From positions 257,728 to 281,727 of the forward strand of contig CAWJXL010000002.1 in assembly GCA_963846695.1 (NCBI GenBank): a stretch of 24,000 bases of DNA. The letters run 5' to 3'. The stretch is from an uncultured Fibrobacterota bacterium (lineage in GTDB: Bacteria > Fibrobacterota > Chitinivibrionia > Chitinivibrionales > Chitinispirillaceae). Positions 9,448-17,625 of the stretch are shown here, one piece after another; the stretch's first letter is position 1, and each line of letters begins with the position of its first letter. A model generated the notes under the pieces. The model saw only the letters and a list, made by a program, of their open reading frames with translations. It ran no database searches and was not told the DNA's origin. The position numbers were made by a program, and so were the translations under genes.

Positions 9448-10710
9448 GGTATAAGCGGCTCCACGAGACGCTGCTGCCGGTTCATCTGTTCCGCGAAGAG
9501 CGTTGCGGCCGCCGAGAATTTTCCCGGATCGGTCCACAGGGCGCGTTCCGCGCAGGCGGCAAGCTCCCTGCCGTCGCCTGCCGTGAATCCGACGCCGGCG
9601 GCGAGCAGTTTTTCGCATCCGGAATGCTGGGAGTAATAATGGGGGCCGAAGAAGACCGGGATCCCGAACCGCGCCGGTTCCCAGACGTTGTGACCGCCGA
9701 TATCCTCAAACGTGCCGCCGACGATGGCGGCGTCGGCGAGACGGTACATGGCGTCAAGGATGCCGAGTTTCTCGATGAGACAGATCTCAAAGGCACCGCC
9801 GGACTTCGCCTCGTGAAGACGCCTGACGGCGGGACCGAGCTCGCGGGCAATGGCGTCCGATTCATCAAGATGCCGGGGGACCACGACACACCTGCATGAC
9901 CTGCCGCGTTTCTTCAGCTCATCCAGGCAGGCGCGGAGCACCGCACCTTCCCCCTTGTGCACGCAGCCCGCCGTGATGACGATGTCGCGGTCATCCAAGA
10001 CGCAAGGGACGCCGCAGAGCCGTCCGCTCGGGAGCGGACGGGCGGCTGATCCGGATGTACCCTTTGATGTTGCCCACGATATGCAGCGTTTCCGGTCTGA
10101 CGCCGAGCTTCAGGAAACGGCGCGCATAGTCGTCGTTCTGAACAAGTACTACGTCAAAGCGGCGCATGAACGACCGGACCATTCCGGACAGACGCCTGTA
10201 GTTGGCAAACGACCGCTCCTCCATCCGGGCGTTGGCGATGCCGACCGGAATTCCCGCGGTAAAGCATGCGTGAAGCATGGCCGGCCACAACTCGGTTTCG
10301 AGAAGCCAGACCCGCGAAATGCCGAAGGTCGAGAGGAGCGCCCGCATGAGCGGCAGCGTATCGAACGGCAGAAAGCCCACGGCAATGACCGATGGATCCT
10401 TCATCCGCTCCAGATAATCGACCCCGCTGCGCGTCGTGGCGGTCAGCACATAGCAATCGTCCGGGTTGCGCGCTTCAAGCATGTTCAGGAACTGCTGCAG
10501 AAGCTTGGCTTCGCCCAGCGATGCCGCATGCACCCAGACGACGGAGCGGGACCGGTGACCGCGCACGATGCGCGGCAGGCTTTGCCGTTCGACAAGGTTC
10601 CACCCTTTGCGCCTGCCGAGAGGTCCCAGAAAAGGAAGGACGCATCGACGCATGCCTTCGAGGGCAGCGCTGTAGACGCCGACGCACCATGTGGTGGAGG
10701 CATTGTTCAT
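9444..10710 (-). pseudogene. waaA: 3-deoxy-D-manno-octulosonic acid (Kdo) transferase, split by one frameshift near 9995
   Basis: The N-terminal piece has VWVHAASLGEAKLL, the KdtA hallmark. The C-terminal piece has DIVITAGCVHKGEG and VGGTFEDIGGHNVWEPARFGIPVFFGPH. The pieces (9991-10710 and 9444-9998) abut in different frames. Confidence 0.85.
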
Positions 10711-10779
10711 AGATGGTAAAAAATACTAAATGAGCCCCTGCCTTTAATACCCGCTCATTTTAAAAGCCCGCGTCTTACA

Positions 10780-10808
10780 TTGACTTCTTTGCCCAGCTGA
10801 GGTATTTT
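10780..10808 (+). promoter_or_regulatory. possible sigma-70-type promoter for the lipoprotein/OMP genes (TTGACT-N17-TATTTT)
   Basis: The hexamers were read directly from the sequence in the divergent intergenic region 10711-10883. The -10 element is weak and the host promoter consensus is unknown. Confidence 0.3.
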
Positions 10809-10883
10809 TCATGATTATTTTAAACCCAACGGATAATAAAGTTGCGGTATGAAGTCCGATGAACAGAGATCAAAAGGCGATGC

Positions 10884-12107
10884 ATGCATAAAAGTGGCTC
10901 ATTTCAATGGCTTTCTCCGCTCTGCTCCTTGATTTTCCTGCTTTTTTTCTGCACTACCGATAACACGACCAACCTCGGCAATACTATTATCAACAACAGC
11001 TATCCTCACTTTCGCGGGTATGTCATGGATAGTTCCGACGTTGACACCGCCGCGTTCAGCCTGCCGAGGCCGGGTGACTCGGGATTCGGCATCCATGAGG
11101 TATCGGGGAGCCAGATGCTGGTCGGAGCCGATAGCGGGGAATACGCGGCGGGGTATGTCCGATTTCCCTGCCTGCCCGACACCAATTCAAGCCGTCAGTA
11201 CGGCTCGAACGATACCTTGCGATCAATCGTACTCCGATTCTGGAACGATACCGCCACCACGTCGTTCCCCCTGCAGGTCTGGCGGTCCGATGTCACCCTT
11301 CACGCCGATTCTCCTTCCGCCGCCAGGGGAGATATTCTGCTGGATTCTCTTCTGATCCTGATGAACGATACGGTGAATGCACTGGATTCCATCGTTCTGC
11401 CGCCCGGCGCTTTCGGGGGCCTGGCCGATTCGATATTCCATGCGTGTACGACCTCAAATAAGGATCTGATACGTTCAACGGTATTTAAGGATACCTTCGG
11501 ATTCATCATTGCCAACCCCAACCCCTCCGCCGGGATTCTCCGGATGTATGGAAACCCGCAGCTTGCGGTGAAATTCAAGCGGGGAAACGATACGACGCCG
11601 GTCATTAACTATGGCTCCATCCACACGTCGTACGATGTCGCAGAAGTTCAAAGTCCCGGTTCCATTTCGCAGCCGATCTCCTATGCCTCGAAAAAAACCC
11701 TGATTTTTCGCTATAACGCGACCAGGCTCTGGGCTTCGGTCGGCCCGGATACCTCCCAGATCGTATCGGCATTTTTCCCGCTGTTCCGGCCCGGCGCCGT
11801 CGATACCATCAGCCTGCGCTACCTGCTCCTTGACTCCCTGGTACATGACGGCAGGATTCTCGACACGTTGTTCGCCAGCCCCCCAAGCCCTCCGGGCGTG
11901 GTGACGCTGTATCAAGGCGACACGGTGCAGGCGAATGCGGCGCAATCGCTGCAATTCATCAATATCCTTGAGAACGAACGACACCAATTGCCTTCCAACC
12001 CGAAACTCTTCCTCTACCTTCGCCTGAGTGAAGATGTAAATCAACTATGGAGAAAATCGAATTATTCCACTACCCCGCTCTTGAATGTGACCGCGGCTTC
12101 GCATTAA
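10884..12107 (+). CDS. hypothetical secreted protein / putative lipoprotein
   Basis: The N-terminal hydrophobic leader ends in LLFFC followed by a T/N-rich linker. I recognise no catalytic motif. The codon usage looks like the backbone, and the next gene starts 11 nt downstream. Confidence 0.6.
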   Translation: MHKSGSFQWLSPLCSLIFLLFFCTTDNTTNLGNTIINNSYPHFRGYVMDSSDVDTAAFSLPRPGDSGFGIHEVSGSQMLVGADSGEYAAGYVRFPCLPDTNSSRQYGSNDTLRSIVLRFWNDTATTSFPLQVWRSDVTLHADSPSAARGDILLDSLLILMNDTVNALDSIVLPPGAFGGLADSIFHACTTSNKDLIRSTVFKDTFGFIIANPNPSAGILRMYGNPQLAVKFKRGNDTTPVINYGSIHTSYDVAEVQSPGSISQPISYASKKTLIFRYNATRLWASVGPDTSQIVSAFFPLFRPGAVDTISLRYLLLDSLVHDGRILDTLFASPPSPPGVVTLYQGDTVQANAAQSLQFINILENERHQLPSNPKLFLYLRLSEDVNQLWRKSNYSTTPLLNVTAASH

Positions 12108-12117
12108 TGGAAAGGTT

Positions 12118-13359
12118 ATGAATAGAAGACTGACCGGAACCGCGATTGCCGCGTTCTGCCTCTGCAGTTCGATCGAGGCGCAATCGATACTCTCACTGGA
12201 GTATCCCGGCGGGGTGCCGCTCGCCCATTCGACCGGGTCCTCGCTTGGCATGGAAGGCGCCGGGACCGGGGTTCAGAACGATTATTTCGGCATGAGCGAC
12301 AACATCGCCAATATAGGCGCCACGAACCGGGTGGTTTTTTCCGGGGTCCTTTCCATGGATCTGGTCGATATCCAGGACAACGGGTCAAGCGGCCGCCTCC
12401 TTTCAGCCATGCCGCGACTGATTTCATTTGAGGTGCCCATTACCGCGCTGGGTACCTTCGGTTTTTCGTTTGATGAACGCAGTTCAACCGATTTCAATTC
12501 GACCGGCTTCAGCACGACGTCAACCGGAGTAACCGACACCAGCCGCATCGCCAGCGTGGGCGGAATCAAGGCCTGGCAGCTCGGCTGGGGACATGGCGTC
12601 GGTCGCCTTGGATACGCCGGCATCAGCGTCGAACGGCTTATTTACTCGAGCTACTACCTCACCCGGTATACCACCAGCGATCCGACCGGGGGGTTTCCCC
12701 TGTGCGATACGAGCAGGTACTCCTCGGAAGGCGATGCCATGAGGGCGGGTATTCTCATCCCGATCGAGAAATTCACCGTCGGACTGAGCGGGGAGTATGT
12801 ATTCAACAGTTCGGCGACCGCCCGGTTCTCCCGCACCGGCGTCATCGACTCAGTGGACAGCATCTCCATCGATTCCACCTCGCGCGGTTTCGCCTTCAGG
12901 CTTCCATCCTCGCTTTCGCTGGGGATCTCGTATGCGCCTTCTCCCAAGTGGCTTTTTGCCGCCTCCTCTGACCTGACATTCTGGAATGCGTATTCGTTCG
13001 GTCTGCCGACCAACAGCAATACCGTCCTTACCTACCTCGTCCACAATACGGTTTCAATTTCGGCCGGGGTGCAATTCATTCCAGCGCCGAATATGCTGAT
13101 GCCGCAGTACTGGCAGATCATGCAGTACCGCGCCGGTATCCGCTACAGCCAATTGCCCGACGGCGCTTCCTCCGAAGGCGCCGTTACCGCGGGGATCGGC
13201 ATTCCCCTCTTAAGCGGGGGGGGGCTTCTCGATCTCAACGCCGAATTCGGACGACGGACCGATACCCGCTTCAGCGGGTATGCTGAAAATTTTCTGCAGG
13301 TTACCGTCGGTCTTGACGGCGGCCGTCAATGGTCGAGGAACACCGGAATCCGCTATTGA
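12118..13359 (+). CDS. putative outer-membrane beta-barrel protein
   Basis: The signal peptide is MNRRLTGTAIAAFCLCSSIEAQ. The body has alternating amphipathic, Gly/Ser/Thr-rich strands, and the C-terminus is aromatic (…NTGIRY). Confidence 0.6.
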   Translation: MNRRLTGTAIAAFCLCSSIEAQSILSLEYPGGVPLAHSTGSSLGMEGAGTGVQNDYFGMSDNIANIGATNRVVFSGVLSMDLVDIQDNGSSGRLLSAMPRLISFEVPITALGTFGFSFDERSSTDFNSTGFSTTSTGVTDTSRIASVGGIKAWQLGWGHGVGRLGYAGISVERLIYSSYYLTRYTTSDPTGGFPLCDTSRYSSEGDAMRAGILIPIEKFTVGLSGEYVFNSSATARFSRTGVIDSVDSISIDSTSRGFAFRLPSSLSLGISYAPSPKWLFAASSDLTFWNAYSFGLPTNSNTVLTYLVHNTVSISAGVQFIPAPNMLMPQYWQIMQYRAGIRYSQLPDGASSEGAVTAGIGIPLLSGGGLLDLNAEFGRRTDTRFSGYAENFLQVTVGLDGGRQWSRNTGIRY

Positions 13360-13409
13360 CGAACCAGGGGAATGATTATCACTCCGTTTCCGCCGTACGT
13401 TGATATTCC

Positions 13410-14033
13410 ATGGCAATCGTGCAAACGCAGAATACCCCCTCTTCCCTCCCCGAGGCCTACGACGAAACCTATCTGCGCGTCCTGATGCGGGATCCCGGCC
13501 GCCTCTTTGCCTTCTGGGAGTTTTCAGCCGGGACTTTGAGAACCGCCGCGCAGGCGGCCGGAAAAAACGGAAGCGGGTTCCGGTCGATACTCCGTCTCTT
13601 CATGCTGGATTCCGCGCCGCACGACCGCGGGCTCTCCGTAGCCGACTTTCCGCTTGCGGAAGGGGAGAGGTCGCGATACATTCCGGTGCCGCAGCAGGGC
13701 CGTTCCTACCGGCTCGAATGCGGTTTTGCAACGCGGTCGGGCAGTTTTTTTCCACTGTGCTCCTCGAACATCGTCCTGACGCCGGATGCGACGGTCCACC
13801 CGTACGGGCCGGGGCCGGGGATTGTCGCAGGGCAACCGACCGCCGGCATCTCCGGCGGCCATCCCGATGATGCGCCGGGCAGGGGAGCGTCGGCGGGCGA
13901 CACGCGGCCCCGCCATGATTCCTCCCTTGTCCCGTCGGACGAACTCCTCCATCTCATGGGCGGCAGCGCGCAGGGTATTCCCTCCCGTGAACCCGGAACG
14001 TCCGCCGCGGACCGCCGCACTCCGGTATGGTAA
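13410..14033 (+). CDS. DUF4912 domain-containing protein
   Basis: YDETYLRVLMRDPGRLFAFWEF matches the DUF4912 N-terminal pattern. It overlaps the GH57 gene by 7 nt, a pairing I recall as common. Confidence 0.7.
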   Translation: MAIVQTQNTPSSLPEAYDETYLRVLMRDPGRLFAFWEFSAGTLRTAAQAAGKNGSGFRSILRLFMLDSAPHDRGLSVADFPLAEGERSRYIPVPQQGRSYRLECGFATRSGSFFPLCSSNIVLTPDATVHPYGPGPGIVAGQPTAGISGGHPDDAPGRGASAGDTRPRHDSSLVPSDELLHLMGGSAQGIPSREPGTSAADRRTPVW

Positions 14034-15649
14034 AACCGTCGCGGATGCCGTCTGGAGCGGAACCCGAAGGGTACCTCTGCCTCGTCCTCCACGCTCACCT
14101 GCCCTTTGTCCGCCATCCCGAACACCCGTATATGCTCGAAGAAAACTGGCTGTTCGAGGGGTTGACCGAGACCTATCTTCCGCTTCTCTCCCATTTTGAA
14201 ACGCTTCACGATGACGGCGTTCCGTTCCGGCTCACCATCTCCCTGTCTCCGGTCCTCTGCGCCATGCTCGCCGATCCGCTTCTGGGGCAACGGTACGAGC
14301 GCCACCTTGAACGACTCATCGAACTTGCGGGGAAGGAGGTCGAGAGGACCGGCCGGCATGAGCCGGAGTTTTTCCCGACGGCGCGCCTGTACCGCGACCG
14401 TTTCATGTACCTCCGCGAGTTTTATGCCGGAACCTGCGGCCGGGACCTTATCGGCGCCTTCAAGCGGCTCCAGGATCTCGGGCATATCGAAATCATCACC
14501 TCGGCCGCGACCCATGCCTTCCTGCCGAACATGCAGCATAATGTCAAGGCCGTGGAGGCGCAGATCGCCATCGCGGTTGAGGACTATCGACGGCTTTTCG
14601 GCCATGAGCCGCGCGGTATCTGGCTGCCGGAGTGCGGGTACTACCCGGGCCTTGAATCGATCCTCGCGCGTCATGGCCTGCGCTACTTTTTCGTCGATTC
14701 GCACGGCTTGCTCTATGCCGATCCGCGACCGTTCCGCGGCATTTACGCCCCTCTTATCTGCAAGGAAGCGCCCCTCGCGGCGTTCGCCCGGGACCAGGAG
14801 TCGTCCAAGGCGGTGTGGAGCGCCGACGAAGGGTATCCCGGCTCGCCGGAGTACCGGGAATTCTATCGCGACATCGGTTTCGAACGCGAACTGGAATACA
14901 TCCGGCCGTATATCGATCCGATCGGGACGCGGGTCCAGACCGGGATCAAGTATTACCGGGTGACCGACCGGAAAAGCGGGGACAAGGAGCCCTACCGCAG
15001 GGGAAGTGCCCTTCGCACGGCGGACCGGCATGCGCATGACTTCATGTTCAACCGGCTGCGCCAGGTCCGGGCGCTCGCCGCCCGCATGGACCGGCCGCCG
15101 GTCATCGTTTCGCCCTACGATGCCGAACTCTTCGGGCACTGGTGGTTCGAGGGGCCGGAATGGCTGAACTTCCTCTTTCGCACCATCGCCTTCGAGCAGG
15201 ACTCCCTCCGGCTTGTCACGCCCTCGGAGTATTGCGCCCGCCACAAGGAAAACCAGACCGGAACGCCGCTCTTTTCGAGCTGGGGCGAGGGCGGCTTCGC
15301 GGGCATGTGGATAGACAAAAGCAACGACTGGGTCCCCCGCCACCTCTCGCGGATGGAGGAGCGCATGACCCGTGCCGCGCAACGCCACCCCCGCGCCCGC
15401 GGCCTCATGCGGCGCGGCCTCAACCAGCTTGCGCGGGAGCTGCTCCTCGCCCAGTCGAGCGACTGGACCTTCATCATGAAAACCGGCACCATGGTGGAGT
15501 ACGCCGAGCGCCGGGTGAGGGAGCACGTCGCGAATTTCCTGCGGCTCGACGGGCAGATTGAGAACGGTCGCCTCGACGAGGGTTTCGTCGCCTCGCTCGA
15601 GGAGCGCACCCCGATTTTTCCGCGGCTCTCCTATTCAGTCTACGCCTGA
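14027..15649 (+). CDS. glycoside hydrolase family 57 protein, 1,4-alpha-glucan branching enzyme type (DUF1957)
   Basis: GYLCLVLHAHLPFVRHPE, ENWLFEGLTETYLPLL, WLPECGY and SPYDAELFGHWWFEGPEWL are typical of GH57 branching enzymes. Confidence 0.9.
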   Translation: MVKPSRMPSGAEPEGYLCLVLHAHLPFVRHPEHPYMLEENWLFEGLTETYLPLLSHFETLHDDGVPFRLTISLSPVLCAMLADPLLGQRYERHLERLIELAGKEVERTGRHEPEFFPTARLYRDRFMYLREFYAGTCGRDLIGAFKRLQDLGHIEIITSAATHAFLPNMQHNVKAVEAQIAIAVEDYRRLFGHEPRGIWLPECGYYPGLESILARHGLRYFFVDSHGLLYADPRPFRGIYAPLICKEAPLAAFARDQESSKAVWSADEGYPGSPEYREFYRDIGFERELEYIRPYIDPIGTRVQTGIKYYRVTDRKSGDKEPYRRGSALRTADRHAHDFMFNRLRQVRALAARMDRPPVIVSPYDAELFGHWWFEGPEWLNFLFRTIAFEQDSLRLVTPSEYCARHKENQTGTPLFSSWGEGGFAGMWIDKSNDWVPRHLSRMEERMTRAAQRHPRARGLMRRGLNQLARELLLAQSSDWTFIMKTGTMVEYAERRVREHVANFLRLDGQIENGRLDEGFVASLEERTPIFPRLSYSVYA

Positions 15650-15753
15650 ATTTTACTTACGGTATTATTGTCTTCTAGGGAAAGTGTTAATAAGAGCAAA
15701 AAAAGTCCGTAAAAAATGCTATATTTCCGAAAGAGCCGAAAAAGGGAGTATTT

Positions 15754-16320
15754 ATGCGGGAAATGATACTCACGATTCTTTTGTTCTGTGTGACATCGGG
15801 CAACAGCGAATCGGATACCCCGAAAACACGGAAAGGAGACTCCGCCATGGATACTATCACCGTTGTCAGCACCGCGTTCGGGCAGATGCAGCCGATCCCG
15901 GAGGCCTATACCTGCGACGGCGCCGACGTTTCGCCGCCGCTCTCGTGGGGCGAACTTCCGGCAGGAACAAAGAGCATCGCGCTCATCTGCGACGATCCCG
16001 ACGCGCCCCGCGGCACCTGGGTTCACTGGGTCGCCTACGACCTGCCGCCGACCTGTCAAGGGTTGCCCCAAGGCGTCGAAAAAACGGGAACGCTGAAGGG
16101 GGGCGGCAAACAGGGGAAAAACGACTTTCCCGAAATCGGGTACAACGGTCCCTGCCCGCCGGGCGGCACCCACCGCTACTTCTTCAAGGTGTATGCCCTC
16201 GACACGATGCTCGATCTGCCGCCCGGGAAAACCAAGCGCGAGGTTGAAAAGGCGATGAAGGGGCATGTCCTGGGGCGGGGGGAGCTTACAGGAACATATT
16301 CAAGGAAACCGCGCCCTTAA
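15754..16320 (+). CDS. YbhB/YbcL family Raf-kinase-inhibitor-like (PEBP) protein with N-terminal signal-like leader
   Basis: CDGADVSPPLSW, LICDDPDAPRGTWVHW, GYNGPCPPGGTHRYFFKVYALD are present. An AAAGGGAG Shine-Dalgarno sequence lies upstream of ATG 15754. Confidence 0.9.
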   Translation: MREMILTILLFCVTSGNSESDTPKTRKGDSAMDTITVVSTAFGQMQPIPEAYTCDGADVSPPLSWGELPAGTKSIALICDDPDAPRGTWVHWVAYDLPPTCQGLPQGVEKTGTLKGGGKQGKNDFPEIGYNGPCPPGGTHRYFFKVYALDTMLDLPPGKTKREVEKAMKGHVLGRGELTGTYSRKPRP

Positions 16321-16380
16321 TGCTACCTGTTTTCGCGGTTTACGTTAAGACGTATTTAAAGGGCCTTCGAAGGCAATTAT

Positions 16381-16413
16381 AACGCCATTAGAACGGCATT
16401 AAAACGGCCTGCC
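16381..16413. repeat. about 2.5 tandem copies of an 11-bp unit (AACGCCATTAG / AACGGCATTAA / AACGGCctgcc)
   Basis: Read directly from the sequence. The 11-bp spacing is about one helical turn. The third copy shares only its first 6 nt. Confidence 0.5.
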
Positions 16414-16503
16414 TTTCCACGCCCCCGCCGCCGGAAAAGCATTGCAATCGGATCATGAGCATTTCAGCGATCACCTGAATGCAGATCGCCGGCTTCCACG
16501 GCG

Positions 16504-16622
16504 AAAATTGTGCCGTTTTGCGCCATTATTGCGCCGGCGGTGCAATAAAAAACCGCAAATAAACGCTCCAAAGGCCAAAATTGCGCTTTTTTTGCGCCGT
16601 TTTTCATTTTAACGGCGCAAAA
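16504..16622. repeat. two about 25-bp imperfect direct repeats (16504-16528, 16577-16601) built on TTTTGCGCC(A/G)TT, plus an inverted third copy forming a 12-bp perfect hairpin (16590-16601 / 16611-16622, 9-nt loop)
   Basis: Read directly from the sequence: aaaattgtgccgttttgcgccatt versus aaaattgcgctttttttgcgccgtt. The inverted arm is aacggcgcaaaa. There is also a near-palindrome attgcgccggcggtgcaat at about 16528-16546. Confidence 0.6.
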
Positions 16623-16647
16623 ATATTTACACAAAAGAACATCCGCG

Positions 16648-16989
16648 TCACAAGGTACAGATTGCGCCGAGACGGTCCTCAAGGAGCTTTTGCGCGGCGT
16701 ACAGGTCCCGCAGTTTCTCCTTGCCGAAATCCCTGGCCTTGATCGCCTCGCGCACTTTCGCAAGCTGCGCGCCGACCTCTTCCACCTTGCCTAACTGGTT
16801 GATGCCGAACTTTTCGAGCGACTCTTCAAGCATCGCTCGATGCGCCGCCCAGACGTCTTCTTTCAGGGCTTGGGCCCAGTACTGGAGGGTCCGGCGGGAG
16901 ACTTTCAACTGCTCCGCGATTTTGGGGAACGATATTCCCCGCGCACGCAGTTGGATGAATTGTTCCTTCAAATCACGCGAGTACGACAT
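16648..16989 (-). CDS. small helix-turn-helix DNA-binding protein, function unknown
   Basis: The N-terminal FIQLRARGISFPKIAEQLKVSRRTLQYW looks like a resolvase/terminase-small/IS-type HTH, and the rest is predicted helical. GC is backbone-like (about 58% in one counted line). Confidence 0.55.
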   Translation of the reverse strand: MSYSRDLKEQFIQLRARGISFPKIAEQLKVSRRTLQYWAQALKEDVWAAHRAMLEESLEKFGINQLGKVEEVGAQLAKVREAIKARDFGKEKLRDLYAAQKLLEDRLGAICTL

Positions 16990-17263
16990 GGACGACTTAT
17001 CCTTTCAATCCCCTTTGTTTGGTTTTTCTATCAGTCCGGCACTGCCGCTATGCCGGAAAAAGAGATTTAGACATCGCCATTCAGCTTCAGCCTGTTTCTT
17101 GAAAAGCGACCCTATGGCCGGATATGGCGATGACAGGTGATAATATACTATATTCTCTATTAACAATCACACCCACCTCTGCAACACATTTATTATCAAT
17201 ATGTTATGTATTTGCCGGAATAGCATTTAAGAGGTCTTAATAAGAGTAGCTAAAGAGGCATGA

Positions 17264-17279
17264 AAACATCTAGATGTTT
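17264..17279. repeat. perfect 16-bp palindrome AAACATCTAGATGTTT in a non-coding gap
   Basis: Read directly from the sequence. It is a candidate dimeric-regulator site, and its function is unknown. Confidence 0.5.
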
Positions 17280-17625
17280 AGAAGAATTGCAAATTTTTAA
17301 GGGTTTCTAGGAAAAATGGGTCTAAAGGTGTAGATTCTGATTTTCCAATGTAATTTGGTCTTCGGTGTGTCCATTACTTCGGGTACCGTTCGCTTCTGGT
17401 GCTTGTTCACGCTGCTTTAATATCCCGGTCGTACTTATCTCAAAGAATCTTGCGCTTTTCTATCTATTGCCTCCGCATTTTACGATATGTAATATCGTTC
17501 ACGCGGCCAAAAAGGTAAAGACGCCGTTGGCAGGAGGCTTACTGGGTAGGTGAGTTTGGCCGATATTCAATTCACCATTAAATACAGTTTTCTATTAACG
17601 TGCTGCAATATAAGGCAACACCGGG

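Noticed and set aside
9850-10719. A 289-aa plus-strand ORF. There are similar long antisense ORFs at 4051-4785, 1929-2549 and 6929-7453.
   Set aside because: Each lies antisense to a gene with clear family motifs (waaA, glgC, epmB-like, htrA). Their products are Arg/Pro-rich with no motifs, so I treat them as GC-driven shadow ORFs.
10728-10760. An 8-bp inverted repeat AAATGAGC/GCTCATTT with a 17-nt spacer in the waaA/lipoprotein intergenic region.
   Set aside because: It is too short and too widely spaced to distinguish from chance, and no supporting context was seen.
13706-15526. A 606-aa ORF on the minus strand, the longest ORF in this region.
   Set aside because: It lies fully antisense to the well-supported DUF4912 and GH57 genes. 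Its product is Arg/Gly/Pro/Ala-rich low-complexity sequence with no recognisable motif. Such shadow ORFs are expected in GC-rich DNA.
16321-16470. A possible tRNA or tRNA fragment marking an island integration site.
   Set aside because: I could not find a cloverleaf-compatible arrangement or a T-loop-like GTTCRANYC element by eye. This needs tRNAscan-SE to be definitive.
16590-16622. The 12-bp perfect hairpin, considered as a rho-independent terminator for the HTH gene or the PEBP gene.
   Set aside because: The T-run is 5' and the A-run is 3' of the stem on both strands. They therefore extend the stem rather than provide a 3' U-tract, which is not a canonical intrinsic terminator. I kept it as a repeat or binding-site candidate instead.
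16464-16763. A 99-aa minus-strand ORF spanning the repeat cluster.
   Set aside because: It overlaps the better-supported HTH gene out of frame and runs through the repeats. Its product is Arg/Cys-rich with no motif.
15687-17246. A 10-bp direct repeat TTAATAAGAG at 15687-15696 and 17237-17246, considered as possible att sites flanking the PEBP and HTH genes.
   Set aside because: Exact 10-mer matches are expected many times by chance in 24 kb, on the order of hundreds of pairs. The flanking bases do not extend the match.
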